A stretch of 62,272 nucleotides of DNA, filler included, from Sphacelaria rigidula (taxonomy: Eukaryota): assembly GCA_964200075.2 (NCBI GenBank). It is 11 parts of 11 records of this genome, joined end to end, with 100 filler letters (N's around TTAATTAATTAA, not from the genome) between each part and the next. Parts side by side here need not be neighbours in the genome. Positions count along the whole stretch, not along the records: positions 1 to 5,571 come from CAXNAA020026229.1; positions 5,672 to 11,242 come from CAXNAA020026230.1; positions 11,343 to 16,912 come from CAXNAA020026231.1; 8 more parts are not named here. One strand, given 5' to 3'. The first letter of the stretch is position 1. Each line of letters opens with the position of its first letter. The translations under genes and the position numbers were made by a program. Under the pieces are notes generated by a model. That model ran no database searches. It saw only the letters and a program-made list of their open reading frames with translations, and was not told the origin of the DNA. Of the stretch, positions 1 through 13,021 are shown piece after piece.

Positions 1-55
1 CAGTACAGTACAGTACAGTATAGTACAGTACAGTACAGTACCCTACAATGCAGTA
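1..55 (+). repeat. (CAGTA)n microsatellite
   Basis: cagtacagtacagta... at window start; its reverse complement (TACTG)n lies at about 2490-2615. Confidence 0.9.
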
Positions 56-300
56 CGCCTCTCCGACTGCAGCAACAGCTGCCGCTGCATACCCCCTTGC
101 ATAATCTCGGTAGTTCTCAGCTACCGATACCAAGGGCCATTATACCGCTTTTTCATCCCCGCCCACTACACACATGTTAACTGCACATTGTAAGGCATCG
201 ATAGCTCCTTTTGTGCACGGCCCACCCGGGTTTCGTGCCTCGTGAAAATGACCACATTGTGGCATGTACACTCCTTCCCGGTTTTTCCCACTCCACCCTG

Positions 301-594
301 TGTTAGTGTAATTACTACCTTTCAGTATAGGCTGGCGACCACAAAGAACTCCCGGGAACTCCCGGGAACGCTATACTGAATGCAAGTAATACCATAAGCC
401 ATGCTCCGAGCATCCTGGTTTTGGTATCCTGGAAAGACTTATCTGGGCCAGGGGTGGGGCCCCCACACGATCTTTGCAGTGACATCACACTCGGCAACAG
501 TCCCTGAGCTGGTCGTTCAGGTCTGGTCGATAAATTTCGCCTCGCCGTGATTGGGCAGGTCGCTCCCTGACTTCTTTTTATTATTTCACTAACA
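301..594. mobile_element. Possible solo LTR or small TIR element
   Basis: Inverted termini TGTTAGTGtAAT...ATTtCACTAACA (TG...CA); flanking 5-mers ccctg/cacgg match only 3/5. Confidence 0.4.
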
Positions 595-2489
595 CACGGT
601 CAACCCCATGTTAGTGGGGGGTCGGTCCCAAATGGGTTAACCATATATTTTCGACTTGCGTCACCTCCGGGAGGCCCGTACGAAGGGGAACCTTGTAATA
701 CAGTAAAATATGTCAACGCCCTGTGTGCGGGCATATCCTGCGTTCAAACAGTGTACTGTGTCAAAACCCTGAGTGCGGTCATGTTGGGGAGTCGGTGAGT
801 GCGCGGAGGAGCATGACATTGGTGGCGAAAGCTAGCACCCACATCTTTGATACAAAGGTGCGTATGCCGATGTGTAGGCTGGTTTCGGCGACAAGGATGG
901 AGGAGAAGAGGACGTCGACGGGCGGGTTAGGTCTGGCTGAGCAGTGCATCAAGAAGGAGGAAGTGCTTCACACGGAAGGAAGCAAAGGGGGCACTTACTA
1001 CGGACAACGACGAGAACTTTGTGGGACCATGGACACTGGCGAGGATGGGCGGTTGCGTTGGCCATGGACGCTGGTGAGGACAGATGGTAGCGTCAAGAGG
1101 TCAACATCGAGGAAGACCCTACGGCGGAGAAGAGCAGAGCAGGGCGGCGAAAGTCGTTGAGGGCGGATGGCATGATGTTATATCCCTGTTGAGTTTCGAG
1201 ACAGTTGTCTAGTTGTGGTTACTACGTACAGATGGTGTCCCATATTTTCATGGTTGATGTAGGACACTCTGAACAGATTTTGATTTTTGCTGATAGCGCT
1301 ATGTCGTGTGAAGGCTAGGCACGCCCTGTCTGTTGTATTTCCATGACGATGCTACTTGACTAGAACCAAAGGAAGAGCATAGTTCCTCGTTCTCCCTCCT
1401 CGCTGCCGTCGGCTCCTCATTTTCGTTCTTCTTTTCTTCATGTCTTCTGGATCTTTCAATCTCACGTCGTTCAGTCTCCGGTGCGCAGGCTCTGCAGAGG
1501 ATCCCTTTCGATAACACTTTAGACAGTAGATCTATTTTATTATTGGTTCCTCTTTTATTGCACAGTTCGATGACCGGCTTACTCGCCGTTACTACTCTGT
1601 ATAGACACCACTACGTTGTAAGATAGTCGGAAAGGTCGGACGCCAGGACTTTTCAGCTTCCAGTAGGTCTCCTGTAGTTCAATCGATCTTCTACGCAACT
1701 TTCGCAGTGTTGGTACTTCTTTTTTCCGTGTACGTGTTTTGTTTCTCGCCTTCCTCTCTCGGCTGTTTGATTTACGGGTATAGGTGGTATGCTCCTTGCG
1801 CTCTGTGACCACGGGCTCGAGAGATCGAGCTAATGTGCCAGAAATGATAAAATAACAGTACAAAACCAACGGGGAGGGCGTAACTAACGGTATGGATTGG
1901 GCACACCGTAAAAAAACTGGTATCTGTGACTTTCCAATTGTGATGGTTTCGTCCTTAAGGCGTATCGTACAGCGCGTAAAAGATCAGGGTGATAATCGCA
2001 GTGCTGTTTCTTGTATGGGGTGAGGAGCCTTATCCCCACATCCCTGGGCAAAAACTGCAAAATGTGTGAAGATGAAAAGTTTGACATATGACCCAGGGAG
2101 CTCAAGAAGCCGTTTGTCTAATTTTGAAGATGCGCTCGAGATATTCCCAGCTGAACTGGGTGGGGGCTTCAGATCACAGCGTACCCCAGAGCGATGCCCC
2201 GCAAAAGAGTTAAGAAAACAGCAGCGCCCCCCGGTACTGCGCCAAAGGTGACGAGAAGAGGCAAGCCACTCGTGTACATCGAGCAGGAGGTGAGAAGACG
2301 TGAAGGAACCGTTGCTGCACAGCAGAGAGCCGTAACTACACAGTGACCAGACGTTTCCAAGAAAAAGGCAGTCGATGCTGAGGCGAAGGCAGCCGTTGCT
2401 AAGGATTGTGTACTCAAATCTTTTGCGTGTGCTGCACTGCACTGCACTGCCCTGCCCTGCCTGTACGATATACTCCATCATATCGTGCG

Positions 2490-2615
2490 TACTGTACAGT
2501 ACTGTACTGTACTGCACGGCGCTGCTTGTACACTGCATACTCAAATGTACTGCCGGTACTGTACTGTACTGTACTGTACTGTACTGTACTGTACTGTACT
2601 GTACTGTACTGTACG
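2490..2615 (+). repeat. (TACTG)n microsatellite
   Basis: Long gtactgtactgtact run; explains the spurious VLYCT-repeat ORFs. Confidence 0.92.
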
Positions 2616-2792
2616 GCGCTGATTGTACTGCGCTACTTGTATGCTATACTCAATCATACTGCGCGTACAGTACTGTGCTGGGGCGAACGGTCTGCACTGT
2701 GCGTTCTCCTGATTGTACTGCTCGGCGTACGCCTATGCTGCGTGTACTGTATGTATTGTTCTTACTGTGCATGTTGTACTGCGCTGGTGATA

Positions 2793-3570
2793 TGGCATGT
2801 CATACCTCAACCCCTGAACCAGGGTGGGAGCGACAACAACAGGTAAAATTTGACAAAATAAATATCCCTCGACTTCTCGTGTCATTTTTTTTTTCGCTGG
2901 CCGATGATTGCGTGGACATTGCGGTTCATCCGAGCTATCTTTTGTCGAATTTGACACCGACAAGCTGGAGATATGGCATGCCACATCTCAACCCCTGAAC
3001 CAGGGTTGGAAAACACTTGAGAAATAGAACATCTCTCGACCCTTTTGGAACTCGCGAAAGACAGTACAAACTCCCATATGCGAGCGTTAGTCACCGGGAA
3101 AACGCCACTTCGAATTCGGTGCACGAATCTGTCACATTACCATACTTGAACTTGGAGCGGTGCACCATTTTGGTGGGCTGCATCATCAACACTTGCAGAA
3201 AAATTACTTTTTTTTGCCCGAGAAAACGTCAATTGTAAATCGTCTTTTTTCCATCAACGGTTCCAGAATGTTCAACTTTTCATGTCTTTTGTTGTTGTTG
3301 TTGTTGTTGTTGTTTTCTTACTGGCCGGTGATCACGTGGACCTTGCGGTTTGTTCGATCTACCGCGTCTCGACTTCGACGCCAACACACCGGAAATCCGG
3401 CATGCCATTTTCCAACCCCTGAACCAGGGCTGGAGAGACAGACACCAACAGGAAAAATTCACGAGATGCCACCTAACTTCTTGTGTGAATTTTGATCATC
3501 TTTATTTCTTGCTGGCCAGTGATCGCATGGACTTTGCGGTTCATCGAACCATGGTTTGTCGAATTCAACC
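2793..3570 (+). repeat. Three diverged ~180-bp direct repeat units, the second interrupted
   Basis: ggcatg...caacccctgaaccaggg at about 2794, 2975 and 3399; ctggcc...gtggac.ttgcggtt at about 2897, 3321 and 3512. Confidence 0.8.
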
Positions 3571-3618
3571 TATAAATGCTCGAGTTGGGTGGGTTCATGT
3601 AACCACTCCCACTAACAA

Positions 3619-3733
3619 TATTCCCCCGCAATAGCATTTTGCTTTCGACCTCTGTTGATTACCGTTCAAAGAGGTCGTTCCCACTTTTCAGAATCCCCTG
3701 CTACCACGGGATTTTGCATATTGCGGGTGGATT
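3619..3733. mobile_element. Small MITE-like element
   Basis: Imperfect inverted ends attcccccgcaatagca / tgcatattgcgggtggat. Confidence 0.45.
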
Positions 3734-4162
3734 CTTTTCTAGGATGACGATCCCACGCATTACAGCCGGAGAGTGCGTTGGCATTTTTTGTCAAAAATAG
3801 TTCAATTCTTCTCAAAATTCACAAGGCTCATCCTCGACAACAGACCTACCCGCAATTGATCAATTCCTGTGTTTTATGCTCGTGACTCTACTGGAAATTC
3901 TGCCAGTAGTGCTGATGATGCTTCTTTGTTCGAGCCTGCTTGGGCTTATGCTCCTTCTTGCTTGCGAATTTACTCTTATTTCTGCGGGCAGAATGAGTAA
4001 CATCCTTGTGATTATTTGGTTTGGCCAAACCCGGACACATGCACCTCTCCTGGGCTGGGAGGTCTTGATTACAGTGGACCAATTTTGATGGGAAATGAAT
4101 CCAAATAGTGCTTTTTTTTTTTGTCGCCGGCGCCTCCCGCGCCCCCCCGCCCCCGCCAGCCG

Positions 4163-4232
4163 GGGGGGAAGAACATACTCATTTGTTGCTTGCCTTAGTC
4201 GTTTTGCCATTGACGACGCATCGAGACGGAGC
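4163..4232 (-). mobile_element. LINE 3'-end fragment with oligo-C tail
   Basis: tactcatttgttgcttgccttagtcgtttt.ccattgac is the reverse complement of the family tail, preceded by a G run. Confidence 0.8.
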
Positions 4233-4395
4233 ATTGGCGGGGGGGGGGGGCGTTTGAACCTCGTACCGCGAGCGGGCTCGGTTACGCTCGCCCTTCGGGG
4301 TCGCCGAAATTTATCGAAATTTATCGATATCAAACGCTGGAAAGTTCGATATCGTACCGAAGTCATGAGTGGTTCGGTATCCATCATTAACGCAG

Positions 4396-4427
<32 letters not shown>

Positions 4428-5571
4428 TTGTTTTTTCAACGAAATGGAATCTTCGGTGCTTTTATAGACATCGCAGCGCGTAAACTGATACGAGTACATA
4501 ATCTCCATCGCTGTACGTGGAAGAAATCAGCTGACCCGAACACAAGCCCGGCGCTACTTCTGGTGGACCACACAGACCAAGTAAGCCAGAAAATATCTTC
4601 GTCGTTGCCCCCGAGGAAATCGATACACTACCGCAGACCCCCCTCTAGAAGCATGCTCTATGATGACGCAGTAATTTTACCTACGGCTTGAGAAAAAAAA
4701 ATCACCTGCGATGAATTGAGCAAAACCCCCCCAAAAAACAAGACAAGACAACGCCGCGCAACGCATCACAGTGCAATACCGGACAACGTCACACGATCAG
4801 ATATTTTTTTCTCAGATCATGCCCAACGGTTAAGAGCAACTATGTCGTGGGTACACAAAAGTTCGACTTCACGGTTGACGACAAGAGGGGAGGACTACTG
4901 AACCCTTCTCGAGATAAAAAAAAAAAGGCAAGCACCGCAGAAGAAAGGTGGAGTACGAAAAACAAAATGAAACAGTGTTGACCTCTCTACTGTGTGACCC
5001 CGGATGACGCGCCCACATGCACTGAAAGGTGCCCATTGACGTGCAGAATCGATGACATGACAATACACACACACACACACGAACATGACTCTGCTTCATC
5101 CAATAGAAATCATTTCGAGGCGAAAGCACACACACATACACACACGAACACATATTTTCTGGGATTCACCCTGTGCAGCCAAGGGCGTGCACGTACATTC
5201 CTTTCATCCTTTGCTTCCACACGCAATCTAGTAGTACTACCGTAAACTCACGAGTATTTTCTTCATCTGTGGTCGAAGGCCTACATTCATATCCAAGGTT
5301 GTATTTTTTCACGTGTTTCCGTAGGATAGACCCGGAAGTCGGGGATTCTTAGGCGGTGTCTTATCAATTTTTTTCCGACTCGAACGCGTTCGTGCGGCGG
5401 AATTGATTCAGGTCGCTTTGCTAGGTTTGGGTCGGAGCGAATTTGCACGCTTTCACGGTTAGGACAAATCATTACGACTCAAAATCACCAAATTCACGAT
5501 TTCTTCGGCTCAGTTGCCCAACAGTGAGAAAACAGTTGATTGCTGGTCCAAGGGGTATCCACGCAACTTTT

Positions 5572-5671
5572 NNNNNNNNNNNNNNNNNNNNNNNNNNNNN
5601 NNNNNNNNNNNNNNNTTAATTAATTAANNNNNNNNNNNNNNNNNNNNNNNNNNNNNNNNNNNNNNNNNNNN
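5572..5671. other. Artificial 100-bp linker N44-TTAATTAATTAA-N44; identical copies at 11243-11342, 16913-17012, 22583-22682, 28253-28352, 33923-34022, 39593-39692, 45263-45362, 50933-51032 and 56603-56702
   Basis: Identical spacer with stops in all six frames, recurring every 5,670-5,671 bp. Confidence 0.98.
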
Positions 5672-5779
5672 GCTGCTATTGCTCGCATAGGCGCAAACAT
5701 GTTGACCCCCCCCCCCCCCCCCCACCGTGACGAGATGCATATAGTAGGATGAGGAGATATACGATGTATTGTGATAAAT

Positions 5780-6812
5780 GTGACAAATGTGATGAATGTG
5801 ATTGTACCGAAGCTAGAAATGCAGGAGAAGTATGGAAAGGGAAACGTGAAGTCCGCGAGGCAGGTGGAAAGAGTATAATACTGATGGCAGCAGCTGAGAA
5901 AATACTTGGATGCTGCAAAACGACGAGAAATACACTATTGAGAGCAGAATTGTGAATGTACCCACTCGAAAAATAGAGGAATAGATAAAATGAAATGATA
6001 ATGTAACGTGAGGAACTTGCAAAACGAGATATTTCCAGCAATAATAGCCGATTGGGCTATATGGAAGAAAGTAACGGAAGGATAGGCTGGAGTGAGGTGA
6101 GGCAGCGTAGTCGAGAAAGAAGGGAACGATAGAGGAAGAAACCAACACGAGATGATGTTCACAGGTGAATGTGGTGAATGTGGGGGATGCAACACAAAAG
6201 TAAGAGACGTGATACAAATAAGGGGGAAACGAGCGCCAAAATGGGAAGTGAACAAGGAAGCGCACCTGGAGATATACGAGGGGTTGAGAGAAGGGATAGG
6301 GACGAAAATATGTCTGAACGGCCCACTGGGCTACGCGAAAAGGTTGAAACTGCCATTCCGGGCGGGGGACCTGGACTTGCCAGAAACGAGAAAGAGGTAT
6401 ACCAATAGCTGGGTGGAGGAGGAAGTAGATGCACGAAATGATCCCTGCGACGAAGCAATGGAGGGTAGAAGTGATATAGTGGCAGAATGTAAACTATGCA
6501 AGGACGAACGGGGCGTGTTAAAGAGGAAAATGTGGGAACTAGACGAATGAGACATGGAATCGTTTGGAAAGTTAGATAGTGGGGAGAAAACGATGGCTAA
6601 AGTAGGAGATAGATGGTGGTCAAATACGGCGAAACAGGAAGGGGGCAAGATATGTAACATGTTTTGTTCAATGTGTAGAAGAAACGCCATGAACGCTTAA
6701 ATTGTTGGAGGCGTCTCTGTTAGGAGTAGGAGCGGTGGCCCGTCTCGAAAGGGATGCATGGTCAATGGTCAAATGACTCGGGCGACCGACGAATAAGTAC
6801 ACCCCCCTCCCC
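5780..6812 (+). mobile_element. Degenerate 5'-truncated non-LTR retrotransposon (LINE): C-terminal part of the RT ORF plus 3' end
   Basis: Frameshifted pieces IVPKLE.AGEVW, MAAAEKILGC..LRAEL, HLEIYEGLREGIG, LPFRAGDLDLPETRKRY and a decayed Cys/His knuckle (PCD..EGRSDIVAEC); ends ...ggtcaatggtcaaatgact...gtacacccccc. Confidence 0.8.
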
Positions 6813-6845
6813 ACCCCCTCCCTATCCTCATGGTACGATGACCAG

Positions 6846-8012
6846 GTGGACCGACTGCGGCACTTACCGCGTTTGATCATTCTCGATACTTCCGGAAATC
6901 CCATGTGTTCCACCAAGCACTTCCGGCTTCTTGTCCTCTTCAAGGTCTCCAAACTCAAGGTAAACTCGAGGCATAGCGCGTGGAAGCAGGACGTTGTGTT
7001 TGTACCGTCGTAGGTTATCACAGATAAATCATATTGCACATCAGTGCACCGCACTTCAACGACTCCGTATGTGACGATGGATCTCTCTGTGACTATATTT
7101 ATCTCCGACTCTGTATCCCTCTGGGCGCGCGCGCCCCAGTACCAGAGAACATGATGTCACCCTAATTCGCAAGATAATAATGCAGACTTCCGTGCCAACC
7201 ATTTCCCATGGTAGTTCGAGGTGGTTAGAGGTGCTTCCTTTGTTTGGAGTGCCCCGCACCGTTCATGCTCTTCTTATTGTCTCTCGATTTTGTATATCCG
7301 AGCAGTGTCAAAGGATGCCCTCCCTTAAGATCGAACTGATTGAAATGATTGAACCGATTGAACTCAGCCCGAACGAATAATCCAAGCTAGCTCTACTGTG
7401 TGGCCGATGTTCATGTCCATGCATGGCTGTGTGTGTGTCTTTGATGTGATTGATGTCATCGATGTGATTCAACAGTATCGTGGTTTGTTGGACGAAAGTA
7501 TCCCGATACATCAGACTTACTAAGTGTTCGTTGCGTTCCCATGTTTATCGCAATTCTTCATGGGTCATGCCCTTCAACAACTGAGGTGGGGGCGGAGGGG
7601 GGCAGGATTCTTTGTACTTCTTCTTCTCCAACAAATATTAACGCCCTTACTCCTCTCCAGCCCTGTATTCATGTATCACCATGTACTGCAGTGTCATGTA
7701 CCGCCGTGTCCTGTAGTGCGAAGTCACCAGAAACGCTTATCTTGTGAAGATATACCGGAGACGGTAAAGTGTAATCCCCAAAGAGTAATTTCTGTTTTTT
7801 GGACCCCCCCTTCTTGTGGTTTTACGACTCGGACGTCGTCTTCACTTTCCTTGACATCCCACAGCGAAACTCAAGTCATACTTTTACAGGATCTTCACAC
7901 ACTACATACATTTGTAAGAAACTGGCTACGAGAGGTTCTCGCAAAAGCTCGTGTTGTGAGGTGTGCCACAACGCGTGCTCTGTTCATCGGTGTTACCTCA
8001 GCTCTCATCCCC

Positions 8013-8052
<40 letters not shown>

Positions 8053-8164
8053 CCCCGCCCCCCTCCCGCCCACCTCCATGCCCCTTGGCTGNNNNNNNNN
8101 NTGAAAAAGGGTTTTTGTTGGGTTGCTCCACCACCGTTCCCTTTGTCCCCTTTTTTCCCCCCCT

Positions 8165-8197
<33 letters not shown>

Positions 8198-10418
8198 TTC
8201 CCCATCGCTGCTTCTGGCTTTACCTGAAACACCTGCCGATGTGTAGGTTCTAGACGGCGTTGGAGTGAGTCGTTCGGAAATTGCGGAGGCGAAGCTCAAG
8301 TTCACTGGCAAGGTAGGCATGTACTTGCTCATCCCCTCTGCGTCTGCTCGCCCCTCGATGTGTGGTCTACGAGAGTGAAAGAACTTACAGTTGCGCCGCT
8401 CGTCGTCGTAAGAGGACAAGCACTTGAATACAGCTACGTACAGCCTCCATTCATTATCTGTCGATGTGACTACCGGTTAGTCTGTTTCTTGCAGCGATAG
8501 CGATCAGCAGTGGAGAGTAGTGCAATCACTATCCATCTACTTGGAATCACAAACCAAGTGAACGGGGAAAATAATAATTTCTATCATCAGTCAGGATGAT
8601 GCGAATTTCCATCGTTACCCTCGAAATGTAGTCCGAATCACGATAACTCGATCAACACTTCATGGTGCGAGTGGTTGTGTTTCTCTCTACATCGATCTCA
8701 GTACTCATCGCGGGGGGTATGCGATCGCTGAACACGACAGAATACACTCACTGTTTCCGGCTTACAAAAACGGTTTGAGGATGCTCATGTCTCAGCAGTA
8801 AATTACAATATGCTCCAGATGAAGTCGCAACTACTCGACTGGTGGTGTCGAACTACTGTGCGGACGTTTGGGCGGATTTTCGCCGGTCGACCACTGTTTC
8901 GAGGGACATTGCGCATGCCCATTTGATCCTGCTTTGAAGTTATGTCTTCCATCGTTATGCACCGTGGGTATCTCCAGCGTTGCTTTCAAGAAACATTGAG
9001 CATACTCCGGATACTACTTCTGTACTTCGTATCATTCCCTGCTTTTCGGAACATATCTGCACGTACGAGCGCTGCACTACCTATACTGCCTCGCCTCTGT
9101 TGTGTTATCTGTACCCTTATCGCCTTGAAAATCACATTCTGCACACACGGCCCTTGGGGCTATGACACGGTTGTTCCCCAACCCTCCGTCTCCCCGCCTT
9201 GTTTCTTGGGGAACTCGAAATGTGTGGGGACAATAGGTACGAACGACTGCCTGTAACATATATCGCGCTGGCTAAGAGCACAAGAAGACGGCTGTCGACG
9301 GTAAAATGCGCTGGTCCACTATCACCTGCATCCCGACCTTGAGAAAATTGATGGTTTCATTTCTACCCACCTCTTTCCAGTTACACGCATTTGATATTGA
9401 AGGAAAATCCTCTCTTATTCCTTTTCCGAAGGGCAAGTTGGGTTTCTGCAAAATTGTTTCCATTTTTGACAATGCAACAAATGCACCCTGTGATGGAAAA
9501 CCCAACAGCTAACTGAGGAAATGATCTTGTCGAGATACGACGCCTCCAAGTTGAAGACGCTCAAGTACCTGGACCTCAGCAAGAACAAATGGAGAAGTGT
9601 CGAGGTGAGAAAAACCGACGAAACACTCTCGGTATATCGGTGCTTACTTCAAGCCGCCGTCGGTCGTTGCGCCAGGCATGCCGACGTGTCCTTCATTCAC
9701 ATCAACTTGAAGCGAATATGTTTATGCTCCGGTTTTCTATCGTATCTCGAAAATCTGGGCGGGTTCCGGAAGAAGGCGTAAGGCAATACCTTCTACTGTC
9801 CAGCACTTTTTGTCCGTTCATCCATTCGTCCACGGTGTATACTACGAGTAGAGTTGGTGGCAAGGTTGAAGACACACCATTGTGAGACACAGGCCCGAGT
9901 TTGGGCCCACCAACACCTGCTACATGACTCGAACTGAACTCAAGCCCAAAACAGTACTATCTGCATCATGGTAAGAGCGTAGACCCGACACAGGGTGCGG
10001 TTTCCCCATCCCCATTAATGTACTTCACACTCGGCCGTTCACTGCATGCCACATGCCCCATGCCCCAGGTTGACGTCGAAACTCCACGAGATCCCATAAG
10101 TTATTTCTTGTGAAGTTGAGCAGACAGACCGTCGTACTCACTGCGACTTGTAAGTTCTCCTTCAAGCCTCACTATTCTTCAGTTTCCGGAATAGGATACG
10201 TATCGAGCGGCCTTCCTATTCTAATAAGCAGGACCACCTCTTCTGGGGTTCTTGCACATCCACGACTGTTTCATTGCCATTGCCAGGTTCTTCCCACGCT
10301 CCCGTTCAGCGCACTTCAGGAACTCAATTTGGACAGAAACTTCCTGGTGAACTTCGCCGCGCTCGGTGGTCTGCGATCCCTCGGGGTGCTACGCCTCAGC
10401 TACAACAGGATAGAATCG
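6846..10418 (+). CDS. Internal exons of an LRRC9/FAP234-like leucine-rich-repeat protein: 6846-6959, 8247-8312, 9509-9604, 10287-10418
   Basis: AG acceptors and phase-0 joins give VDRLRHLPRLIILDTSGNPMCSTKHFRLLVLFKVSKLK|VLDGVGVSRSEIAEAKLKFTGK|LTEEMILSRYDASKLKTLKYLDLSKNKWRSVE|VLPTLPFSALQELNLDRNFLVNFAALGGLRSLGVLRLSYNRIES. This is an LRRcap followed by new LRRs, recognised from memory as the LRRC9 arrangement. Confidence 0.82.
8010..8196 (+). repeat. Poly-C tracts around a native 10-N gap (8092-8101)
   Basis: Two long C homopolymers inside an intron; source of the poly-P/poly-G ORFs. Confidence 0.9.
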
Positions 10419-11342
10419 GCGAGTGAAAGTTGGATAAATGCTATAAATGACGTTGCTCGGGAACTGACTGGACACGTCAAATGATTGCATTTGAGAGTAC
10501 AAAGACGATGTTTTTCGCGTACGGTACTGTACAGAGTGGTGTCCGGGGGCGTCGCCTTCCGCATCGAAAAGCACACATTTCGTTCACGAGCTGCCGCTAT
10601 GGGGCGTACTGGATGTGATGACTATCTCAGCAGAACGAGAGTATTGACGATAATACAATATCAACCAATCAACATGCATTTTCTAGTAACTGCTGTGGAA
10701 AATAAATTTATATTGAAATGGATAACAACACTGCCTTCGGATTCGACGTATCGAAGTTGAAAGTTACAAAAGCCTGATTGATGGTGCTAGTGTTTGTGTT
10801 CAAAACAACTCAGCGTTCTTACAAACACACGGTACTTTATTCGGACAACAAATGCAGCAGGGTCACACAGAAGAGGTTGGCCCCCAGAGTCTACCAGTGG
10901 AGTTTTCTCCGATGACCTGTCTGTCGACCGGCTCAAACCCCGTAACATGTATAAAAGGGTGATTCTGGCTTCGACTATGTTGTATCCGCAACACCCGCAG
11001 TATAAAAAGAGAGGTTTGCTGTGCACATGCCCATTCTTGTCCCTTTATTTCACAGGAACGCGACCGGAGGGAAAACAAAATCGTCCAAGCATACAGTTCT
11101 AGAGTACGATTATGCCCGTCACCCCGCCTTCCCGCCGCAGCATCTTCCCACTATATATATATATATATATATGTTTTTTTTCCCTCACACTTTACATCAC
11201 TGCCTTACCTCTGTATCACTAAATCGACTCACACCACAACCCNNNNNNNNNNNNNNNNNNNNNNNNNNNNNNNNNNNNNNNNNNNNTTAATTAATTAANN
11301 NNNNNNNNNNNNNNNNNNNNNNNNNNNNNNNNNNNNNNNNNN

Positions 11343-11414
11343 CCGTCTCGAAAGGGATGCGTGGTCAATGGTCAGACGACTAAGGCAAGCAACAAATGAG
11401 TACGCCCCCCCCTC
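11343..11414 (+). mobile_element. LINE 3'-end fragment with oligo-C tail
   Basis: ccgtctcgaaagggatgcgtggtcaatggtcagacgactaaggcaagcaacaaatgagtacgcccccccc. Confidence 0.85.
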
Positions 11415-11644
11415 CTCGCCCCTCCACCGAAACTGACACAATTGTATCCATAAGGCATTTTTTTTCATCTTTATCTTCAATACCATGGACAACAGACTAC
11501 ACTCAAAAAGTGTACCATGTACAGTATCGACTATTGCGCCTATTGCAGCAGACGATAGATTCCATACTGTATGCAGTACAGTTTTTTACAAAATAATATC
11601 TTGTCCAGGTTGTGTTGTCTTCCAAGGCCCTCGATCTATAGCCT

Positions 11645-12973
11645 TCACCTGCCAGGCACGGCTGCATCAAGGGCGGACATGGATCCCGCGAACCCTCCCA
11701 TGGCCCCCGGTTTTCGGCTGAACCTAGCCGAGGAGGTTCCCCCGCGTGATCCTTGTGCAGAGAGAGGGTCTCCCGCTGCCGCAATCCTGGAAAAGTCGTG
11801 GTGGCTTGACGTCGTCTGGAGGATTAATCCATGCGTACGACAGGCAGGACAGGTCATTATTAACAAAATATCGAATATTTGGAAGTCTTCCGGGCGGGAC
11901 GTTTTTCGCGTCCGAAGCAATCTTCACATCGTACAGGGCACGGTAGAGTCGACGCAAACGACAGAACAGGTCATGGTCCGCAGCAGCTCGAACATACTGA
12001 TTTAAGAGTGCACCGGGGGAATCAACGCAAGCGACGGAAGAGGTCATGATCCACAGCAGCTCAAATATGCCGATTTACAAGCGCAAAGGGAACGCAATAT
12101 TTTGTCCGAGTGCAGATCAAATAAAAGATATTCGTCTGTTGGACAAGTGCGAAACCATGGTGCAATGAAGAGATAATGATTTTATCGTCGAACGCGCACG
12201 AGTATACCAAGGAAGTAATATTGGGGCAAGTGAAGAGATATGAGGTCTGGGCGGAACGGGGGGCTGCATGACACGCAGCTTATTTCAAACAGCCAGGTCA
12301 TCATCCAACCCCGAAACAACAGCAACAACATCAACACCAACTATTATAACAGCAGAAAAAAAAAAAACACAAGCAACGAACAATGAGCAAAGATGAACGA
12401 TGACGACCAAACCAGGAACAAACAACAACCGAGCGAACCAGTAAACCAACGGCCACTTCACGTCATCATCCACACCTTGATTCCAGCCGGTGCAGAGCTC
12501 CCTCTCCTCATGCCCCCGCCATCATCCAAGTCAGACATCATCGCAGCACGGCTGTCACCCTGCCCCGAAGCACTGCGTCCCCCCATGCCTCGCCCGGATG
12601 CGTCCATACCGGCAATCCGAGAAGCCTCGCCCCTGACAGCAGAATCTGGCCCCAGGCCATTCTTCGAGGTGCTCCTGCTCACGCCCACACCATGACTCAT
12701 GTGGCTAGTGAGTCATGGTGCAGCGGCATTTGGATTTATGTTGGTCGTAGTTGTTGTCATTGTTGGTTGTTTGGTTGTTGTTGTCGTGGGCGGGAAATGT
12801 GGAGGCATACTCATGATCCTGCCTGCATGCCGTTGTCACGTGACCATTAGACACAGATACTGGTATTCCAACGCATCGACTTCATGATACTATACCAATA
12901 GTAGTGATGATAGCAATGATACACAAAAAAAACGACAATACTGAAATAAAAGTCACGAAAGTAATTCGTAATA

Positions 12974-13021
<48 letters not shown>

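Noticed and set aside
2375..2998. VLYCT-repeat ORFs
   Set aside because: They are translations of the (TACTG)n repeat.
2793..3570. CRISPR-like palindromic repeats (also 57029-57293 and 60040-60870)
   Set aside because: The intervening sequences are long, uneven and partly homologous to each other; there are no cas genes and the context is eukaryotic.
7524..8419. Poly-Pro/poly-Gly ORFs
   Set aside because: They come from intronic C homopolymers spanning an N gap.
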